DNA of 64,000 nt, taken from the NCBI GenBank assembly GCA_963787255.1, contig CAWBCJ010000029.1, positions 544,001 to 608,000 of the forward strand. The letters run 5' to 3'. How positions within the stretch are numbered: the first letter of the stretch is position 1; each line of letters starts with the position of its first letter. The position numbers and the translations under genes are program-made. The notes below the pieces were generated by a model. It was given only the letters and a program-made list of their open reading frames with translations, was not told where the DNA came from and searched no databases. The stretch comes from Methanobacteriota archaeon (GTDB lineage Archaea; Methanobacteriota; Methanobacteria; Methanobacteriales; Methanobacteriaceae). Positions 54,437-64,000 of the stretch are shown here, piece after piece.

Positions 54437-56710
54437 TTAGAAAGGTAATGATGCATAACTGCCTTTCATAATGGCTGTATCTGTGTTCCAATTATTTATT
54501 ACGCCAAATGTATTTTTAGTGCTTGTTCCATCTGCGCTATACCATTGATCGTTTACCCAAACTTGAGCCCAGACATGTCCATAAACGCTTCCACTACTGA
54601 AGGTACAGGTTCCATGCATGTATTTTGCCGGAATTCCTGTTGCTCTTTCTAGAGCGATTAATAAGTGCGTAGTGTCCACACAATTTCCTTTCATATCGTT
54701 ATAAGTTCTTATGGCTCCTCTTTGAGTATTATAGTAGAATGAATAATCTATGTTATCTCGTACCCAGTTGAATATTTTCACTGCTTTATCATATTGAGAA
54801 GTTGCACCACTTGTTATTTGAGCTGCCAGTGCTTGGATAACTGGATCATTAGCCTGACAGTTTGCAGTTGTTTCCATGTATGGAACTAGATCAGATGAAA
54901 TATTTAAGGAAACAGCTATCCATGGTCTCATTGTTGCAAAGTCAGCCATTTTACCACTAGTATTGTAGTAATCCAGGATCATAGTGTACAAGTAGACTAT
55001 ACTTTGAAATCCTAGGTATGTTCCTAGGCTTGTTTTGTATGCGTAGTCTGGTGTTTTACCTGTATTATCCATGTAGTTTTTGATGTCGTTTGCAATTTTT
55101 AGGTATTCTGTTTTGTAAATATTTCCTGCAGTTATGCTGTCTTGTGGACTTGTTGGGGCAGTGAAATTCATTAATGGCATCGAATTGTTCTTTCCACTGT
55201 TAATCTGCAATAAAGCACTGGTTAATAATTCTAGGAATTGTGACATAGTAACTTGGTTTGTTCCAATTTGTACATAGTTTGGTAGTTTGCAATTAGTTTC
55301 AATTTGATCTCTTACAGTTGATGCAGCGGCCTTAATTTGATCTATACTGAATTTTGGTGCATTTGGATCCACAACAGGTTTTGGTACCATAACGCTCCAT
55401 GGTTCCATTCCTGCCCAGTCAGCCACCTTACCGCTGGTGTTGTAGTAATCTAGGATCATAGTGTACATGTAGACTAGGTTTTGGAATCCTAGACATGTTC
55501 CTAGGCTTGTTCCGTATGCAAAGTCTGGTGTTTTACCATTACTGTCCATGTAGTTTTTGATGTCGTTTGCAATTTTTAAATATTCTGCTTTATAGATGTT
55601 TCCTGCATGAATGTTGTCTTTTGGGCTTGTTGGTGCGGTGAAATTCATTAATGGCATCGGATTGTTCTTTCCACTGTTAATTTGCAATAAAGCACTGGTT
55701 AATAATTCTAGGAATTGTGACATAGTAACTTGGCTTGACCCTATTAATACAGAACCAGGTAAAACATGATTAGACTCAATTTGATCTCTTACAGTTGATG
55801 CAGCGGCCTTAATTTGATCTATACTGAATTTTGGTGCATTTGGATCCACAACAGGTTTTGATACTATAACGCTCCATGGTTCCATTCCTGCCCAGTCAGC
55901 CACCTTACCGCTGGTGTTGTAGTAATCTAGGATCATAGTGTACATGTAGACTAGGTTTTGGAATCCTAGACATGTTCCCAGGCTTGTTCCATATGCAAAG
56001 TCTGGTGTTTTACCATTACTGTCCATGTAGTTTTTGATGTCGTTTGCAATTTTTAAATACTCTGCTTTATAGATGTTACCTGCTTTAATGTTGTCTTTTG
56101 GGCTTGTTGGTGCGGTGAAATTCATTAATGGCATCGGATTGTTCTTTCCACTGTTAATTTGCAATAAAGCACTGGTTAATAATTCTAGGAATTGTGACAT
56201 AGTAATTTGGGTTGTTCCAATTTGTACATTGTCTGGTAACTTATGATAAGTTTCAATTTGACCTCTTACAGTTGATGCTGCATTTTTTATCTGATTGACA
56301 GTGAAAGTAGTTGTATTTTGTGAATTGATAAAGAAAGAATTGTCAATATTAGTATAGGGATTCTCACCTGCTGCTTGATCTGTTGTATTAGTGATATTAC
56401 TTGTGTTTTCGCTGATTATTGTGGTATTTACTGGATTTGATGTACTGTTGTCTATTAGTAAATCAGATATTTCCTGATTTTCTGTTAAATTAGTTCCATT
56501 CTCTGTTTGAGTTTCATTAGTGGCGTAATTAACACATGAGCTAAATAAAGCCATGATAAATACGATTAGCACTGTAAAGAGTATTTTCTTCGTAATTGTA
56601 CCGCCTCCGAATCCAAAAACACACCTATGGGGCATCATAATTTTTGAAAGTATTTTCTTAATTATTGAAACCTTTATAATGCTTTTGGACAAGATTATGT
56701 TCATTTTCAC
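54437..56710 (-). CDS. Secreted pseudomurein-binding-repeat protein with C-terminal transglutaminase-like domain (candidate wall endoisopeptidase)
   Basis: Signal-peptide-like segment, three 160-aa repeats, Cys-His-Asp triad (GNCVD, GHVWAQ, ADG). True start is probably near 56596. Confidence 0.85.
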   Translation of the reverse strand: MKMNIILSKSIIKVSIIKKILSKIMMPHRCVFGFGGGTITKKILFTVLIVFIMALFSSCVNYATNETQTENGTNLTENQEISDLLIDNSTSNPVNTTIISENTSNITNTTDQAAGENPYTNIDNSFFINSQNTTTFTVNQIKNAASTVRGQIETYHKLPDNVQIGTTQITMSQFLELLTSALLQINSGKNNPMPLMNFTAPTSPKDNIKAGNIYKAEYLKIANDIKNYMDSNGKTPDFAYGTSLGTCLGFQNLVYMYTMILDYYNTSGKVADWAGMEPWSVIVSKPVVDPNAPKFSIDQIKAAASTVRDQIESNHVLPGSVLIGSSQVTMSQFLELLTSALLQINSGKNNPMPLMNFTAPTSPKDNIHAGNIYKAEYLKIANDIKNYMDSNGKTPDFAYGTSLGTCLGFQNLVYMYTMILDYYNTSGKVADWAGMEPWSVMVPKPVVDPNAPKFSIDQIKAAASTVRDQIETNCKLPNYVQIGTNQVTMSQFLELLTSALLQINSGKNNSMPLMNFTAPTSPQDSITAGNIYKTEYLKIANDIKNYMDNTGKTPDYAYKTSLGTYLGFQSIVYLYTMILDYYNTSGKMADFATMRPWIAVSLNISSDLVPYMETTANCQANDPVIQALAAQITSGATSQYDKAVKIFNWVRDNIDYSFYYNTQRGAIRTYNDMKGNCVDTTHLLIALERATGIPAKYMHGTCTFSSGSVYGHVWAQVWVNDQWYSADGTSTKNTFGVINNWNTDTAIMKGSYASLPF
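54920..56310 (-). repeat. Three tandem 480-bp pseudomurein-binding repeat units, two nearly identical
   Basis: GCAATAAAGCACTGGTTAATAATTCTAGGAATTGTGACATAGTAA recurs near 55207, 55684 and 56161. Confidence 0.9.
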
Positions 56711-57252
56711 AGCTTATATAAAGTTTTTGGTTTTAAATTGTGAAAAAAGGATTATTAAAACTTATTTTTTCATTATAAACTCTATTAAAAGTTTTTAAAA
56801 TGATATATTAAGTTTAAAAACCCTGGATAAGTATTTTTAATAAATAAGGTTTAATTAAAACCATATTGGAAAAAGAAGCATTAATTAATGTTATTACATT
56901 GGGGTTTTAAACCTTCAAATACATTTTAGACTTATATTTGCCTTAAATTGAAAAAAAAGGAATATGATTACCTTTTAAATCTGTAAATCATTTTATAATG
57001 CTTATCTAAATTATGTAGTGTGAGCCAATGTTATTCATTTTTAATTAAACTTATTTGTAAGCCTTAAAAAAAACCATTAAAACATTTAAATAATTTAAAA
57101 TCATTTTTAGGTATTTCTAGATGTTTAATCATTTTTATTAAACTTAAAGGTTATCGTTTATATTTAGACATCAACATTTAAATTGTCAGTACAGTTTGTT
57201 TAATGAAATTAGAATCCATAAATTAATACATTAAAAAAGATAAAAACATTAA

Positions 57253-57753
57253 ATGGGGATAAAAATGGAATTTAATACTATAATTGTTAAACTGGAAGCT
57301 CCTGAAGGATGTAACTTAATTTTAGGGCAGAGTCACTTTATTAAAACTGTTGAAGACCTGCATGAAGCAATTATAAACACAGTGCCAGACGCTGAATTTG
57401 GACTTGCATTCTCGGAGGCATCAGGAGATTGCCTTGTAAGGAAATCAGGCAATAATAACACTCTTGTTAAAACTGCAGCCGAAAAAATGTTTGAAATAGG
57501 ATGCGGGCATTCATTTTTAATATTTATTAAAAAAGCTTTTCCAATCAACGTTATTCAGCGTATAAACACCGTACCTGAAGTCGTAAATCTTTACTGTGCA
57601 ACTGCAAATCCGGTACAAGTATTAATTGCAGAAACAGAGCAAGGAAGAGGAATATTAGGTGTAATTGATGGATTAAAGCCGAAAGGAATTGAAAATGAAG
57701 AGGACGAAGAAACAAGAAAAAAATCGCTAAGGGAATGGGGTTATAAACTCTAA
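57253..57753 (+). CDS. Adenosine-specific kinase (DUF355) family protein
   Basis: [30 protein letters not shown]...VPEV....CATANP, ETEQGRG.LGV.DG. Confidence 0.88.
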   Translation: MGIKMEFNTIIVKLEAPEGCNLILGQSHFIKTVEDLHEAIINTVPDAEFGLAFSEASGDCLVRKSGNNNTLVKTAAEKMFEIGCGHSFLIFIKKAFPINVIQRINTVPEVVNLYCATANPVQVLIAETEQGRGILGVIDGLKPKGIENEEDEETRKKSLREWGYKL

Positions 57754-57912
57754 TATTGATTAAAAATCTTTAAATTTACTTAATTGTCCTTTTTTAAAAC
57801 TTTTTCATATTTATTTTAATTTTAATTTTAAATTGAAAGGATTAGTGGATAGGTAATATTTTATACTTTTACTGCCATAATTATTAACAATAATCCATGG
57901 GAGGATTTATTT

Positions 57913-58245
57913 ATGGGAGAATCAAATGTTGTTTTTCTAAAGGATTCAGGACAGGAAAAACGTGGAGAAACCAAAACTGTAATTAAAGAAGATTATGTCA
58001 AATTCTTAAATAGAACCGGTGGTGTAGTTGAAATTAAATTTAGAGCTCCTAGAGAAGAATTAATTGACGCATACCAATTTTTCAGCGGCGTGAATGATAT
58101 GGAATCACTAGGAATGGACATTGCAGCATCCGGCGATAGGTGGAACCATTATTTTAGAGGAGTATCTCCACTTGTAGAGGATGAAGATGGAACTGGATAC
58201 AAATTCCAGGTTACTTTGCAGATCAGGGATGCAGCACCGCGCTAG
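57913..58245 (+). CDS. Hypothetical protein
   Basis: 110-aa ORF with GGAGG RBS; family not recognised. Confidence 0.7.
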   Translation: MGESNVVFLKDSGQEKRGETKTVIKEDYVKFLNRTGGVVEIKFRAPREELIDAYQFFSGVNDMESLGMDIAASGDRWNHYFRGVSPLVEDEDGTGYKFQVTLQIRDAAPR

Positions 58246-58278
58246 TTTAGCTTGATTTTAAAAATAAAATTATTATTT

Positions 58279-58845
58279 TTAATTTTTAGATGAATGCTTC
58301 TTAAAAACATCCATTATTTCTTCAGGAGTTCTTAATATATTTATTCCCATATTTGCAAGTTTTTCAACATGTTCAACGTCTTCTTTTCTTATTGTCAGTT
58401 CAAGATCGCGCCCATCAGGAAGCTGTGTAACTACAACTCCCTCTTCAAAATCAGAAGGTAATAAATAGATTGGAATACCTGCTTTTTGGCCCATGATAGC
58501 TGCATTTGGAATTAAAGCGTCACCAATTCGCAGTGAAATTTTGGCAACTGTATTGGATGTTGTTGGTGCAATTAACATAAATTCAAACTGACCTAACTGT
58601 ATTTGCCCTGCTAAAAATGGAGCATTTGCATTAACTTCAACCCATGTCCTGTCAAATTCCACTTCCAATTCTTTAAATAGTCCATAGTATTTTAAAACCT
58701 GATCTCCAGCCTTTGAAATGTATATGCGAATGTCGTATTCATCGATGTATTTGTCACGTATTTTTTGCATGATATTTACTGTTTCTATTATTTTATCCCC
58801 GCTTCCAGTAATTCCCCAAGCTATTTTCTTTTTTTTAGCTGTCAT
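58279..58845 (-). CDS. afpA: Archaeoflavoprotein AfpA
   Basis: IAWGITG.G, S.AG..V.K.Y, NAN.PFL.G..Q.G, APTTSNTVAKI...I.D. Confidence 0.85.
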   Translation of the reverse strand: MTAKKKKIAWGITGSGDKIIETVNIMQKIRDKYIDEYDIRIYISKAGDQVLKYYGLFKELEVEFDRTWVEVNANAPFLAGQIQLGQFEFMLIAPTTSNTVAKISLRIGDALIPNAAIMGQKAGIPIYLLPSDFEEGVVVTQLPDGRDLELTIRKEDVEHVEKLANMGINILRTPEEIMDVFKKHSSKN

Positions 58846-59038
58846 GGTTCTTATTATTGTTTTTAAAATATAATTAGTTTTTGCCTTTTAAATAGTTTTA
58901 TAATAAAATTTAAGTTAAATCTGAATTATAGTACTGATAATGAAATTATTTTAAAAGTTAGTTTATTTAATCTCAAAAATACAGCTTGAATCATGAATTT
59001 GAGTTTTTTTTGTATATTATCAATTTAAGGTAGTTAAC

Positions 59039-59245
59039 ATGGAACATACTAAAAAAGAAAAAATAGAAGAAAATAAAAAAGATATTGAATCAGTTCAGAA
59101 ATTAGAAGAAAAACCAGAAAAAATTGAGGTCTGCTTCATCTGCCATAAAAAATTTGACATAAATAAAGATGATGATAGCTATTACCGGCATGGAAAATAC
59201 CCTATGTGTGCATATTGTGCTGAATTTTATGGATTTTACAGGTAA
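59039..59245 (+). CDS. Small putative zinc-finger protein
   Basis: CFICHKKF...PMCAYCAEFYGF; charged N-terminus. Confidence 0.65.
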   Translation: MEHTKKEKIEENKKDIESVQKLEEKPEKIEVCFICHKKFDINKDDDSYYRHGKYPMCAYCAEFYGFYR

Positions 59246-59481
59246 AAACTGAAATAGAGATTATCTCTATTAATATTTTTTTTATAAATAATCATAAATT
59301 ATTTATAATTTGAAAATCATAGTAGTGCCTGGAAGAAGTATTCATTAAAACCAAAAGATTGACCTTATGATTATTCAGCATAAAAAACTGAAAAATTAAA
59401 AAAAGGAAAAATCCAAGGAATTAATGGATATTTTTCCACCATAATACTATTTTAAAATCAAATTTTTAAACTAAAAAGGAT

Positions 59482-60841
59482 TTATTTATTTAAATGTTTT
59501 TTAATAAGAGATATACCCCATTCGGCCATTTCTTTAGCTTCTTCTTTCGTTTTAGCCTCTGCAAAAGCATCTGAATATTGGTTCTGTGCCCGAAGGCCTG
59601 ATTATAACCCATCCTTCATCTTTGATTATTTTAACACCGTCGGTGGTATCTACTTCAAATTCACTTGTTTCAGCAGCAATTTTCTGCATTATTTCCTGTT
59701 TAATGTCGTCTGGGCATTCAATTTTCATTTTTTCAGAATAATAAACCGGTAATTCTTCCACAAGCTTGGAGAGAGGTTTTCCTTCCTTGGCAAGTATTTC
59801 AACAACTTTAGCAGCTGAAAGTGCAGCGTCCCGTCCATAAACAAAATCAGGGAATATTAATCCACCATTTTCTTCGCCACCGAATAGACCGTTTTTATCT
59901 TTTAATTCCCTAGCAACAATTAAATCTCCTACTTTAGTTGCTGTAACTTCACCGTTATATTCATTTGCTATATCATAAATTGCAGTGGAAGTTGCAACTG
60001 TAGTAACGATTAAACCGCCGTTATTTTCTTTAAGCATGTATTTTTCCACAAGTGCAAATGATTTATCGCCAAAAACGAAATTTCCATCCTCATCAATACA
60101 AATAGTACGGTCTGCATCTCCATCATGTGCAAAACCAACATTTGCACCAGTTGCCTTTACAACTTCAATTAATTCCTTAAGATTGGGTTCGGTTGGTTCA
60201 GGATCTCTACCTGGAAAAAATCCGTCCGGCTGACAATTCATGGTAATAACTTCACATCCAAGCTCTCTTAAGATGTATGGTGTTGTAAAACAGGCAGCTC
60301 CACTTCCACAGTCAACAATTACCTTTAGTTTTGCTTTTCTAATTTCATCTTCATCAACCCGTTTTATAACTTCTTGAATGTATTCTTCAAGGATGCTAGA
60401 GTTGTTTTCTACCTCTCCAATTTTATCCCAGGATACCCTATCCGGATTATCATTAAAGAACATTTCTTCTATCTCTATTTCTGTTTCATCGGGAGTTCCT
60501 ATCCCGTAAGAATCAACCAACTTTAATCCATTGTATTTTGGAGGATTATGTGAAGCTGTAATAATAATTCCTGCATCATAGTAATTCCTGACTGCATACT
60601 GGACAGCAGGGGTAGGTAAATATCCTAAATCGACCACATCACATCCTGAAGAGAGTAATCCAGATATTACTGCATGTTTTATCATTTCTGTAGATGTTCT
60701 GGTATCTCCTCCAACTGCAACCTTTCCTTTTACAAGTGTTCCATAGGATGCAGCGATTTTTGACGCGAATTCAGGCGTTAATTCTGTATTAGCCAACCTT
60801 CTAACTCCAAATGTTCCAAATAATCGTTTCATAATTTTCAC
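59482..60841 (-). CDS. glmM: Phosphoglucosamine mutase / phosphohexomutase (frameshift near 59560)
   Basis: LFGT.GVR, TASHNP, DGDADR, GGEENGG, RPSGTEP; the C-terminus FAEAKTKEEAKEMAEWG...LNK* continues in another frame to 59482. Confidence 0.88.
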
Positions 60842-61067
60842 TGTCCTGATTTTAATACGATGTTAAAAGCGTTAATTATACTCTTTTTAATATTTTTATA
60901 TTAATATTTTATAACCAAAGATATTAATCAATTTTGTTTAATGATGGCAAAGAATTTTAATAGATTTCAGAATAAACCTTTCCAATGGGCATTTTCTAGA
61001 CATTTTAATTATATAAATAGATTTATAATTATTTATTATACATTAAAAATAAAAAAGATGAAAACAT

Positions 61068-62748
61068 TTAATTTCTAGCATTGAATATGGATTCAACACG
61101 ATCTACAGTATCAATATCATCCAAACTCAAATCTTCCCTGATTCTCTTAACGACAGGGAATCTAAGGGAATAACCGCTTTCATACTCAGGACTTTTAACA
61201 ATTTCGCTGAAGGCCACTTCAATGATGATTTCTGGCTTTGCCTTTACTTTTCTTCCTTTTTTTTCTGTCATAATGCTTTCTACTTTGTTTGAAAGCTCGA
61301 GAAGTGTGGCATCGTCAAGACCTGTGGCTGTATAGGCCATAGTTTTTAAATTTCCTTCTTCATCCTGTGCGGCCATTAGATATGAACCTATAAGATTTGC
61401 TCTTCTGCCTCTACCATATGTCCCCCCGACAACGACTAAATCAAGTGTTTCAGGCTCGGCTTTGAACTTAAGCATCTTTTTTCCCCTTATTCCGGGCATA
61501 TAAGGGGCATAAGGATCTTTTATCATTATTCCCTCGTGGCCACTTTTAATAGAACTTTCAAATAGTTTCTGAGCTTCGTCAACATTTTCAGGAGTAACTA
61601 TAACCTGCTGACTGAGTTCAAATTTGGAAGGCTTGAACTGCAGCAATTTCCTGCAATATAACACGTCTTTCACCAAAAGGCATGTCAATTAGAGGCTCTT
61701 TATAATAAAGAACATCAAATAGGTACATAATAAGGGGAACTTCCTGTCTGAGCCTATCAATTTCATACTTCCTCCGAACCCGTTGTAGAATGTATTGGAA
61801 GGAAATAGGAAATCCTCCCTTTGTTGCTATTATTTCTCCTTCTACAATAAAATCTTCTTTAGGAAGGCATTTTTCTATATATTCTACAATTTCAGGGACT
61901 GCATCTTTTATATTATCAAGTCTTCTGGTGAATATTTTAATATCATTCCCATTTCTGTGAATTTGAACTCTGAATCCATCATATTTTGTTTCACAAATTG
62001 CAGCACCCATTTCTTCTACTGATGTCTTAATATCTGGTGAAAGCTGAGCAAGCATTGGTTTAACGGGTTTACCTGGGTTTAAGTTAAGTTTTTTAAGCCC
62101 TTCTTCTCCTTCACTTTTTGCAACTTCTGCAATAAGTCCTGGATTGTTTGTAAGCATTAAAGCTCTTTCAACAAGTTCCTTATCTACATTAAAAGCTTGC
62201 GAAATGGAATCTTTCAGAGTTCCTTCACCAATTCCTACTCTAAGCTCTTCAACAACAGTCCTTGTAATATATTTTGCTTCTTTTGGCGAAGCAGAAGTTA
62301 AAAGTTCAATGAGAATTCTTAATTTTTTTTGCACAGCATTTTTTCCAGATACATCTGCTATTTTTACCATATTATTGTAAACTTTGCTTATGGTCAATGG
62401 TCTTGTAAAAAGGGTTGATTGAAGTCTGTTACCAAAAAGATGCTCTGAAGCAAGGCCAATATCTCCTTTATCCCTAACACTGTCTTCAACAGTATCTGTA
62501 CTAACACCTACAACTAGAGATATGGCTTTCATTAGCAATTTTAATCCTATACCCATTTCTTTTTCGCTCCATGTGGGAAATACTTTTCCTAAGGATAATA
62601 AAGTGACAATTGGGAGTATTTTAGGGTCAGCGTCCTTTAAAAATTCTGCAAGTATGCTTGTTTTTTCAAGCCTTTTGGTTGTAGAAGTCAGCTCTTCATA
62701 GATGTCTACAAGTTTCTGATACCTCATTTCGCTTTCTAATTCGGGCAT
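61068..62748 (-). CDS. lig: ATP-dependent DNA ligase (frameshift near 61630)
   Basis: PMLA, ETKYDG.R.QIH, EGE, YLFD; second ORF EGIMIK, Y.PG.RG..MLK, LDLVVVG, SLRFP. Confidence 0.93.
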
Positions 62749-62901
62749 TTTATCACAGCGTGAATATTAATAATTAAAAATCTCTAACTATTATAGATGG
62801 AATGTTACTCATAAATTTAATTGTTGTTTCTTCCGAATTAAAAAAAAATTTTTAAATTAAAATGTAAAAATATAATTAAAGAGTTATTTAATGGGATTAA
62901 T

Positions 62902-63690
62902 ATGCCGGAATTACCTGAAGTGGAATCATTTGGAAGATATCTTGAAAAGACGTCTCTTAATAAAAAAATCGAAGAAGTAGAAGTAAAAAGTCCTGAACTC
63001 CTGCAAAATATTGATGTTGATAGTTTAAAGGATAAATTGGAAGGCAGCATCTTTAGGCATACTAAAAGACATGGTAAATATCTTTTCGTACTTTTAGATA
63101 ATGATTCGTGGCTTATCTTGCATTTTGGAATGACTGGCAGTTTTAAATATTTCAAAAATGGTGATGAAAAGCCGCTATATGATAGAATACTCTTTAATTT
63201 TGAAGATGATAGTCATCTTGCCTTTAATGATCCGAGGAAGTTTGGAAAGATTCATTTAACTTTTAAAATCTTGGATTTCATTAAGGAAAAGAAATTAGGG
63301 CCAGATGCACTGAATATAGACTTAAAAACCTTTAAAAAGTTATATAATAAACGAAGAGGTGCCGCAAAATCTGCTTTGATGAATCAGCATGTGATGGCTG
63401 GTGTTGGTAATATCTACTCTGATGAAGTACTTTATCAGGCTTGTGTTCATCCTAAAACTTCCTTTAATGCTTTAAACGATGCTAAAATAACAGAAATATT
63501 CAATATAATGAAAAAAGTTTTAGATACAGCAGTATATAGGCAGATGCATGGTCAGAAACTTCCAGATTCTTATTTGATTCCTAATAGGATAAAAAATGGT
63601 AAATGTCCTGATTCGGATATAAAGTTAAAAACACTTAAAATTGCAGGTAGAACTTCTTATTATTGTCCTGAATGTCAAAAAGAAGATTGA
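62902..63690 (+). CDS. mutM: Fpg/Nei-family DNA glycosylase/AP lyase
   Basis: N-terminal MPELPEVE, R.GKY, HFGMTG, DPRKFG, LGPD, GVGNIY.DE.L, R.SYYCP.CQ. Confidence 0.9.
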   Translation: MPELPEVESFGRYLEKTSLNKKIEEVEVKSPELLQNIDVDSLKDKLEGSIFRHTKRHGKYLFVLLDNDSWLILHFGMTGSFKYFKNGDEKPLYDRILFNFEDDSHLAFNDPRKFGKIHLTFKILDFIKEKKLGPDALNIDLKTFKKLYNKRRGAAKSALMNQHVMAGVGNIYSDEVLYQACVHPKTSFNALNDAKITEIFNIMKKVLDTAVYRQMHGQKLPDSYLIPNRIKNGKCPDSDIKLKTLKIAGRTSYYCPECQKED

Positions 63691-63909
63691 TCAAATTTTT
63701 TTTTATTATTTTGTATTTAAAGGAGTTTTATTGTTGGAAATTAAGATTAACACTTATTTTTCTTTGAATATATTTTATTCCATTTTTATTTTTAAATGTA
63801 GGGGTTTAAATGTTGTTATTTGCTTGTTATGGGGTGATAAAAGCTTTAGTAATACTATTAACTAATAAAGTAATAGAATATAAATATTATGAAAAACAAA
63901 GAATAATGT

Positions 63910-64000
63910 ATGAATTTCGATGCAATATGGCTTTTTGCAGTTTCTGCATCAGTAATAGTATCTATTGCAATAACTGGTTTTATTGCACTAAAAATTGGAA
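63910..64000 (+). CDS. Possible start of a membrane protein (runs off the window)
   Basis: MNFDAIWLFAVSASVIVSIAITGFIALKIG..., hydrophobic and open to the window end. Confidence 0.35.
   Translation, partial: MNFDAIWLFAVSASVIVSIAITGFIALKIG

Noticed and set aside
45174-57200. Integrated element at the tRNA-Met 3' end
   Set aside because: No integrase, no duplicated tRNA end seen, and the cargo is ordinary metabolic genes
61600-61690. Programmed frameshift or naturally split DNA ligase
   Set aside because: No slippery site is evident, and similar single-base indels occur across the window, so assembly error is more parsimonious
1-64000. CRISPR arrays, transposases, rRNA, prophage genes
   Set aside because: None detected by eye; the long repeats present are intragenic domain repeats

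Overview
AT-rich window from a pseudomurein-walled methanogenic archaeon (Methanobacteriaceae, most likely Methanobacterium-like). This is inferred from fwdHFGDACB, atwA, nrpR-glnA, vorABC, afpA, pseudomurein-binding-repeat proteins and an intron-containing tRNA-Met. Layout: thiC to mobB core genes (1-13.5 kb); a stand-alone ferredoxin-fwdF paralogue pair; a Mo/W uptake cluster (Mop, tupABC, MOT1-like); an accessory ~12 kb locus; the fwd operon; nrpR/glnA with a canonical NrpR operator; two 2-oxoacid oxidoreductase sets with an acyl-CoA synthetase; a pseudomurein-binding transglutaminase-like protein; glmM, DNA ligase and an Fpg/Nei glycosylase. The accessory locus holds a type II ABC importer, a giant wall-anchored surface protein, a DUF11/PKD membrane protein, MotA/ExbB-like and DUF2149 proteins, and a TiaS-N-like protein. 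It is the best candidate for an undescribed capture/uptake system. Other notable items are repeated palindromic operators in front of fwdH and in the DUF134-NifX-atwA unit. Many genes, including the DNA ligase, carry single-base frameshifts, probably assembly indels, so 'split gene' calls are provisional. All family assignments come from motif recognition by eye; no searches were run.
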